DNA of 63,690 nt, counting the filler, from Thermodesulfobacteriota bacterium (lineage in GTDB: Bacteria; DASVDK01), in the NCBI GenBank assembly GCA_036381125.1. It is 6 parts of 6 records of this genome, joined end to end, with 100 filler letters (N's around TTAATTAATTAA, not from the genome) between each part and the next. Parts side by side here need not be neighbours in the genome. Positions count along the whole stretch, not along the records: positions 54,558 to 63,690 come from DASVDK010000277.1; 5 more parts are not named here. One strand, written 5' to 3'. Positions 56,701 to 63,690 of this stretch are shown piece by piece (position 1 is the stretch's first letter; the number at the start of each line of letters is the position of its first letter). Below the pieces are notes generated by a model. It was not told where the DNA came from and ran no database searches. It was given only the letters and a program-made list of their open reading frames with translations. The position numbers were made by a program, and so were the translations under genes.

Positions 56701-57603
56701 TCAGCGGGGCGGCGGCGCGCCGAGCCCGATCAGGCGCGTCAGGCCCGCCTCGCGGGCCGCGGCGACGGCGGCGTCGAGCTCCTCCCGGGTCGGTCGGCGA
56801 CCGAGCGTGGGGTGGCCGACGGCCTGCGCCATGGGGCGGTACTGCCCCATGAGGTTGACGGCGGTCCGGGGCGACAGCCGCGTGGCGACGAAGCGCATGA
56901 GGTCGGCGGTGCCGCCGAGGCCTCCCGGCATGACGAGGTGGCGCACGAGGAGGCCCCGCCGGGCGACGCCGTCCGGCCCGACCTCGAGTTCCCCCACCTG
57001 CCGGTGCATCTCGAGGAGCGCGGCGTGGAGCGCCTCGGGGTACGGGACCGCGCCGGCCGGGATGCGGGCGGTCTCGGCCGCCACGGCGGCGTCGGCGTAC
57101 TTGGCGTCGGGGAGGTAGACGTCCACGACCCCGTCGAGCGGGCGGAGCATCTCGACCGCCTCGTAGCCGCCGCAGTTGTAGACGATCGGCCGGGCGAGGC
57201 CGCGCGCCCGGGCGTCGAGCACCGCCTCGAGCACCTGGGGCGCGACGTGGGTCGGCGTCACGAGATCGATGGTGGCGGCCCCGCGGCGCTCGAGGTCGAG
57301 CATGAGGTCCGCGAGGGCGCGTGGCGAGAGGACCCGACCGGCCGGGCGGTGGCTGATCTCGGCGGTCTGGCAGAAGAGGCAGCCGAGGTTGCAGCCGCCG
57401 AAGTAGACGGCCCCCGTCCCCCGGCGCCCGACCAGGCAGGCCTCCTCGCCCATGTGGAGGCCGGCCCGGGCGACGACCACCTCGTCGGCCAGCCCGCAGA
57501 AGCCGCGCTCGCCGGCCCGCCGGCGCACGGCGCAGCCGCGCGGGCAGACGCCGCAGCCGTCGAGGAGGGCGTAGGCGGCCTCGAGGCGCTCGGCCGCGGT
57601 CAC
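56701..57603 (-). CDS. Radical SAM protein (PflX-like)
   Basis: CGVCPRGC..C, HMGEEACL, CNLGCLFC (CxxxCxxC), YLPDAKY, RHLVMP, MGQYRP. Confidence 0.92.
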   Translation of the reverse strand: MTAAERLEAAYALLDGCGVCPRGCAVRRRAGERGFCGLADEVVVARAGLHMGEEACLVGRRGTGAVYFGGCNLGCLFCQTAEISHRPAGRVLSPRALADLMLDLERRGAATIDLVTPTHVAPQVLEAVLDARARGLARPIVYNCGGYEAVEMLRPLDGVVDVYLPDAKYADAAVAAETARIPAGAVPYPEALHAALLEMHRQVGELEVGPDGVARRGLLVRHLVMPGGLGGTADLMRFVATRLSPRTAVNLMGQYRPMAQAVGHPTLGRRPTREELDAAVAAAREAGLTRLIGLGAPPPR

Positions 57604-57610
57604 GGTCGGC

Positions 57611-58309
57611 CTACCTCGCGCCGGCCCCCGATGCGGCGGCCGGTGCGGTCGAGGCGGCGCCCGCCGACCGGGCGACGATGGCGTCGTAGTCGGCGACGGC
57701 GCGCATTCCGGTGTTGTCCGAGTCGCTCAGGATCCCGATCCCCTTTGCCTCGGGCGGGTCCTCGCCGAAGAACTTCCGGTAGTCCTCGAGGACGTTCACC
57801 TGCTCCTGCACCCACCCGCCCGGGTTCGGCTGGCCGGAGCGCAGCACGACGATCTTGGTCTGGCCGGCGAACGGGCTCTCGAGGCGGGTGCCGGGGGGAA
57901 GGGTGGCGCTCCAGACGTACTTGATGGTGTTGGGGACCGGCCAGCCGCCGAAGACGACGTAGATGCCGGCGGCGCTGTCGCCGGTCTCCTTCTTCCGCTC
58001 GTCCCCCCCTCTGGGGACCTCGTGGACGCGCCAGCGCCAGGAGAGGATCGGGTAGCGCTTGACGTCGAGCCGCTCCTCCCGGCCGATCTGCACGCTCTGG
58101 CCCTCGGCGTCGGCGTGGAGGAACTTCTCGCCCCCCTCCTGGCGGACGACGTAGACGTCGTCGATGTCGCCGCCGCGCGCCTTCCAGCCCTCGGGCGGCT
58201 TGCCCGGCGTCGAGTCCTCGAAGGTGCCGAGCGGCTTCTCGGCCGGCTGCGCGGCGACCAGGCCCGGCGCGAGGGCAAGGACGATCAGGATGGCGGCGGG
58301 GCGTCTCAT
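57611..58309 (-). CDS. DUF3047-like exported protein
   Basis: Signal peptide; PILSWRWRV, DSAAGIYVVF, IKYVWS, SDSDNT. Confidence 0.8.
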   Translation of the reverse strand: MRRPAAILIVLALAPGLVAAQPAEKPLGTFEDSTPGKPPEGWKARGGDIDDVYVVRQEGGEKFLHADAEGQSVQIGREERLDVKRYPILSWRWRVHEVPRGGDERKKETGDSAAGIYVVFGGWPVPNTIKYVWSATLPPGTRLESPFAGQTKIVVLRSGQPNPGGWVQEQVNVLEDYRKFFGEDPPEAKGIGILSDSDNTGMRAVADYDAIVARSAGAASTAPAAASGAGAR

Positions 58310-58348
58310 GGCCGGCCGTCGCCTGCACGAGCCGCGCCCCGGGTCGGG

Positions 58349-59062
58349 TCATGGCCAGAGGACGGCGAGCGCCCGCCTGATGTACGGCACGGCGGCGGTG
58401 AGCGCCGGCGCGACGACGAGCGCAGGCAGGAAGTCGGCCACGGGGACCCGCTTGAGGTCGAGGAGTCTCAGCCCGATGCCGAGCATGAGCGTGCCGCCGG
58501 CGGCGGTCATCTCGCGGACGAGCGGTTCGGTGAGGAGGTCGGCGAAGAGGCCCGCGCCGAGGGTGAGCCCCCCCTGGACCACGAGGACCGTGGCGACGGC
58601 CGCCATGACGCCGGCGCCGAGCCCGGCTGCGAAGCCGATGGCGCCGAAGAAGTCGAGCATCGACTTCACGGCGAGGAGCGTGTAGTCGCCCGAGAGGCCG
58701 TCCTGGATGGAGCCGAGCACGGTCATCGGCCCCACGCAGAAGACCAGGCTCGCCGTGACGAAGCCCTCGCTGAAGCGGGAGCCGCCGCCGGCCGCGAAGC
58801 GCTTCTGGAGGGCGTCGCCCAGCGCGTCGAGGCGGCGCGCGAGCCCGAGCGCGTGGCCCGCGAGGCCGCCCGCGAGGATGGCGGCCAGGAGCACCAGCTC
58901 GTTGGCGGTGCCGATCGCCATCTTCGTGCCGATGACGAGCGTGAGGAGGCCGAGCCCCGAGAGGACGAGGCTGCGCGCGCTCTCGGGGATGCGGCTGCCG
59001 CCGGCCATGCCGATGGCCGCGCCGGCGACGACCGCCGCGGCGTTCACGAGCGTTCCGGTCAC
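58349..59062 (-). CDS. DUF554 family membrane protein
   Basis: GTLVNAAAV, GFVTASLVFCVGPMTVLGSIQDGL, KSMLD. Confidence 0.9.
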   Translation of the reverse strand: MTGTLVNAAAVVAGAAIGMAGGSRIPESARSLVLSGLGLLTLVIGTKMAIGTANELVLLAAILAGGLAGHALGLARRLDALGDALQKRFAAGGGSRFSEGFVTASLVFCVGPMTVLGSIQDGLSGDYTLLAVKSMLDFFGAIGFAAGLGAGVMAAVATVLVVQGGLTLGAGLFADLLTEPLVREMTAAGGTLMLGIGLRLLDLKRVPVADFLPALVVAPALTAAVPYIRRALAVLWP

Positions 59063-59336
59063 GACCCCGCCTCGCTCCCCTGCCCTCCACCCTGGGTCCC
59101 GGGCCCCGCCTCGGTCGCGGTCGGGCGCCGGGTCATCGTACCCCGGATGCCGGGCGGCCGCCGGGTCGGTCCGGTGCGGCTACACGCGCGCGCAGCCGAT
59201 CGGGGGAGATCGCCGCGATCGCGCCCCCGACCGCGCGATCGCGGGCAGGTCGAGGTAGACGGCGGCCGCCCTGGCGCGCACAATGCTCGCGCGCTCCGGA
59301 AGGCGACATCACCCACCTCGGGACAACAGGAGCCTC

Positions 59337-59627
59337 ATGATCGACGTCACACTCGGCCCCTGGCTCTGGGCGCTCGCCGGACTGCTCGTGGGCTACCTGC
59401 TCGGCCGGCGGCGGCGCGTCATCGGGGAGAGGCGGCTCCGGGCGCGCGTCGAGGCGCGCCTCGAGCAGCTCCGGGCGCGCGCCGAGTTCTACTGCCCGAC
59501 CTGCGACGCCGGCTTCGCGCCCCTGCCGGGCGCCGGCCGGTCGGAGCTGGCGCGGTGTCCACTCTGCCTCTCCGAGGACCTGGTCCGGTACGGCGGCGAG
59601 GGGACCGGCACGCCGGTCCAGCGTTGA
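59337..59627 (+). CDS. Small membrane-anchored zinc-ribbon protein
   Basis: AGGAG RBS; N-terminal TM helix then RRRR; FYCPTC..RCPLC. Confidence 0.7.
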   Translation: MIDVTLGPWLWALAGLLVGYLLGRRRRVIGERRLRARVEARLEQLRARAEFYCPTCDAGFAPLPGAGRSELARCPLCLSEDLVRYGGEGTGTPVQR

Positions 59628-59642
59628 GCTGCCGGCGTCGAG

Positions 59643-60989
<1,347 letters not shown>

Positions 60990-61126
60990 AGGGGGCTCCT
61001 CAGCGGAAACGGGCCTGCGGCGGCCGGACCGGATACCCGGGTGCGCCGTCGCGGCTGGCTCGAGCGGACGGTAGCGGTCGGGGTCCGCGCTTGTCAAGGC
61101 GCCCCACCGCTCGGTAGATTTGGGCC

Positions 61127-61600
61127 ATGGCGCTCAGGCCGGCCGCACGGCGAGTCCAGGAAGCGCTCCGCGAGCGGGGTCTCGACGCGGAGGTCATCGA
61201 GTTCGCCGAGAGCACGCGCACGAGCGCCGACGCGGCGGCCGCCATCGGCTGCGAGGTCGCGCAGATCGCCAAGAGCCTCGTCTTCACCGTGGCCGGGGCT
61301 CCGGTGCTCGTGATCGCCTCCGGCGCGAACCGGGTCGACACGGCCAAGCTCGCCGAGGCGGCCGGGGGCCCGGTGGAGCGGGCCGACGCCGAGACCGTGC
61401 GCCGGGCCACCGGGTTCGCCATCGGCGGCGTCCCGCCGCTCGCGCACGCGACGCCGCTGCCGGTCTACATCGACCGCGACCTCCTGGCCCTCGAGCGGCT
61501 CTACGCCGCGGCCGGCACGCCGCACGCGGTCTTCCCGCTCACGCCGGACGACCTCGTCCGCATCACCGGGGGCCGCGTGGTCGACCTGGCGGCGAAATAG
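61127..61600 (+). CDS. YbaK/EbsC family aminoacyl-tRNA deacylase
   Basis: AQIAKSLVF, SGANRVD, TGFAIGGVPP, AAAGTP. Confidence 0.92.
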   Translation: MALRPAARRVQEALRERGLDAEVIEFAESTRTSADAAAAIGCEVAQIAKSLVFTVAGAPVLVIASGANRVDTAKLAEAAGGPVERADAETVRRATGFAIGGVPPLAHATPLPVYIDRDLLALERLYAAAGTPHAVFPLTPDDLVRITGGRVVDLAAK

Positions 61601-61608
61601 CCGTGCGC

Positions 61609-61623
61609 CGGCACGGCTCCTGC
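61609..61623 (+). promoter_or_regulatory. Candidate sigma54 promoter
   Basis: CGGCAC-GGCTC-CTGC (GG-N10-GC), 57 nt upstream of the lipoprotein ATG. Confidence 0.4.
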
Positions 61624-61680
61624 GGACACGGCTCTCGCGCCACGGGGCCTTGCGCCGCGCGCCCCGCCGGAGGTGTCCCG

Positions 61681-62121
61681 ATGCCTGCCCGCACCACCGC
61701 TCTGGCGCTGGCCGCCCTCCTGATCCTCCCGGCGGCCTGCGCGACGCCTCGCAACACGACCGACGCGGAGGACGACACCCGCACTGCCGACTTCCCGGCG
61801 CCGATGCCGAGGCCCGCGCCGGTCACGGTCACGCCGGTGCGGTTCGACGCCTACCTCCTCGCCCTCCGCAACATCCGCGAGGTCTACCCCGCCTTCGTCG
61901 CCGCCGGCAACCAGCAGGTCGTCGGCGACGAGATGCGCGAGCCGGTCGCCCGCGCCGGGCTCACGCTCGAGGAGTTCCGCACCCTCCACGCGCAGGTCCA
62001 GGCCGATCCGATGCTCAAGGCGGAGGCCGACCGGCGCCTGGCCGGCGCGCCCGCTCGCGGCTCCGCGTCCGGCGCGCGGGAGACACCGCCCCCGGCCACC
62101 GCCCCCTCGCCCGCGCCCTGA
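61681..62121 (+). CDS. Hypothetical lipoprotein
   Basis: GGAGG RBS; LPAAC lipobox; helical core AGLTLEEF; Pro-rich tail. Confidence 0.75.
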   Translation: MPARTTALALAALLILPAACATPRNTTDAEDDTRTADFPAPMPRPAPVTVTPVRFDAYLLALRNIREVYPAFVAAGNQQVVGDEMREPVARAGLTLEEFRTLHAQVQADPMLKAEADRRLAGAPARGSASGARETPPPATAPSPAP

Positions 62122-62137
62122 GCCTCGCGCGCGCACG

Positions 62138-62182
62138 ATACCCCGTTCGAGCCATTGCAAGACCGGTCAAGGGGGGTAGGAT
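62138..62182 (+). promoter_or_regulatory. Candidate promoter with CsoR/RcnR-like C/G tracts for the copper operon
   Basis: ATACCCC ... TTGCAA-N16-TAGGAT, with GGGGGGTA overlapping the -10. Confidence 0.4.
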
Positions 62183-62212
62183 TCACCCGGTTCGATAGCC
62201 CCGGAGGATCCG

Positions 62213-62695
62213 ATGCCCCTGCGCCCGTCGCTCGTCCTGCTCGCCGTCCTGCTCGCCGCGCCGGCGATCGCCCCGGCGTCCGCCGCCGAGCCCTCGCTCG
62301 TCGTGCGAGACGCCTGGGTGCGCGCCACGCCGGGCGCCGCCGCCGTGTCCTCCCACGCGGCATCGCGCGGCGGGCACGACGCGGGCGCCACGGCAGCCTA
62401 CCTCACGCTCGAGAACCGGGGCGACCGGGCCGACCGGCTCGTCTCGGTCGCCTCGCCCGTCGCCGGGCGGGCCGAGCTGCACGAGAGCCGCGTGGAGAAC
62501 GGCATCATGCGCATGCGCCCGGTCGAGGGGATCGCCGTGCCGGCCGGCGGCTCGGTGCGGCTCGAGCCGGGCGGCCTGCACGTGATGCTCATGGGGCTCC
62601 ACGAGCCGATCGCCGAGGGTCGCCGCGTCCCGCTCACGCTCACCTTCGAGTCGGGCGCCACCCTGGCGGTCGACGCCGAGGTCCGGTCGCGATGA
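62213..62695 (+). CDS. Copper chaperone PCu(A)C
   Basis: DAWVRAT, AELHE..IMRM..LEPGGLHVMLM (H-M-M-H ligands). Confidence 0.93.
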   Translation: MPLRPSLVLLAVLLAAPAIAPASAAEPSLVVRDAWVRATPGAAAVSSHAASRGGHDAGATAAYLTLENRGDRADRLVSVASPVAGRAELHESRVENGIMRMRPVEGIAVPAGGSVRLEPGGLHVMLMGLHEPIAEGRRVPLTLTFESGATLAVDAEVRSR

Positions 62696-63330
62696 AGGCG
62701 CCGGCCGCCCTCGTCCTCCTCGCCCTCCTCGCGGCCGCCTGCCAGCAGGACGGGCGCCGGGTGGAGCCGCTGCCGGTGCCGGCGCCCGAGACCGAGGCCG
62801 ACACCGGGCGGCGGGGCGTGGCGCTGGAGCGCCCGATCGAGGACTTCACCCTCACGGACGATCGGGGCGAAACCTTCCGTCTGAGCGACCTCGAGGGGCG
62901 GACCGTGCTGCTCGCCTTCGGCTATACCCACTGCCCCGACGCCTGCCCGATGACGCTGTCCGCGTTCCGTGCCGTCAAGGAGCGGCTCGGCGAGCACGCG
63001 CGCAGGAGCGCCTTCGTCTTCGTGAGCCTCGACGGCGCCCGCGACACGCCGCAGGTGCTGCACCGGTACGTGAAGCATTTCGATCCGGAGTTCATCGGCC
63101 TGACCGGCCCGAAGGCGGCGCTCGACGCCATCGCCCCTGCCTTCGGCCTCTACTACGAGATCCGCCGGCCGCCCGACGGCTCCGAGAACTACACGGTGGA
63201 CCACACGGTGTCGACGTACCTCATCGACCAGCAGGGCCGCCTGCGCTACGTCTACCCGTTCCAGACGCCGCCCGAGGAGATCGCCGGCGACACGCTGGCG
63301 CTCCTCGGCCAGGGCAGCGCGGGAAGTTGA
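62692..63330 (+). CDS. SCO family copper-binding lipoprotein
   Basis: LAAAC lipobox; FGYTHCPDACP (CxxxC), YTVDHT. Confidence 0.95.
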   Translation: MKAPAALVLLALLAAACQQDGRRVEPLPVPAPETEADTGRRGVALERPIEDFTLTDDRGETFRLSDLEGRTVLLAFGYTHCPDACPMTLSAFRAVKERLGEHARRSAFVFVSLDGARDTPQVLHRYVKHFDPEFIGLTGPKAALDAIAPAFGLYYEIRRPPDGSENYTVDHTVSTYLIDQQGRLRYVYPFQTPPEEIAGDTLALLGQGSAGS

Positions 63331-63690
63331 GCGACCTTCGCCTCCTCGCGCTGGCCGGCCTGGCCGTGGCGGCTGGCGGCGCCGCGCTCCTCGTCGCGGT
63401 CTGGCGTCCCCTCGCACACCTGCCGGTGCGCCGCGCGTTCGCGCGCGCCGTCGCCCGCGTGGGGGGCGCCGGCCTCGCCGTCGGTCTCCTGGCCGCCTGG
63501 CCGGCGCTCGACTGGCCCGGGGCGTCCATCGCCCTGCACGCCGCCGCCGCGCTCGTCTGGGTCGGGGCGCTCGCGTGGCTGGCGTGGCTCCTCGGCCGCC
63601 TCGAGGGGGAGGACCGGGCGGCCGCGGCCGTGCGCCGGCGCGCCGCGGCGCTCGGCGCGGGCTCGCGGGCGCTCCTCGCGGCGGCGGGCG
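63327..63690 (+). CDS. CopD-like membrane protein, N-terminal part (runs off window; not in ORF track)
   Basis: TTG overlaps the SCO TGA; open frame MSDLRLLALAGLAVAAGG..LHAAAALVWVGALAWL. Confidence 0.6.
   Translation, partial: MSDLRLLALAGLAVAAGGAALLVAVWRPLAHLPVRRAFARAVARVGGAGLAVGLLAAWPALDWPGASIALHAAAALVWVGALAWLAWLLGRLEGEDRAAAAVRRRAAALGAGSRALLAAAG

Overview
This very GC-rich bacterial window is not one locus. It is six contigs joined by artificial 100-nt linkers (44 N + TTAATTAATTAA + 44 N), so gene neighbourhoods hold only within a contig. Contig 1 (1-8517): catabolic operon of GntR, isocitrate/isopropylmalate-type dehydrogenase, TctC, a TctA-TctB fusion, tcuA, tcuB and a class II aldolase, ending in a GGGGTCAG repeat array. 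Contig 2 (8618-17312): moaC, dksA, galT-like, glgA, a GAF protein, cbiA/cobB, Kelch, DUF2071, an M20 peptidase, and a tiny zinc-ribbon ORF whose UGA is followed by an fdhF-like SECIS hairpin (best novelty candidate: a possible unannotated selenoprotein). Contig 3 (17413-24700): MacB/LolD-type ABC transporter, repeat lipoprotein, gluconokinase, transketolase. Contig 4 (24801-49474): decayed IS5, ClC channel, GlxA regulator with methyltransferase, gene remnants, lipoproteins, GGDEF, HerA-like ATPase, TRAP transporter, ubiX operon, PfpI, PfkB, CBS-GGDEF-EAL. Contig 5 (49575-54457): tRNAs and a compact sigma54/fliA/FlgM-like module with candidate sigma28 promoters, a hybrid kinase and a CheZ-like protein. 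Contig 6 (54558-63690): amino-acid ABC, tRNA-Pro, radical SAM, aminotransferase, YbaK and a PCuAC-SCO-CopD copper operon. All family calls come from motif recognition by eye; no database searches were run.
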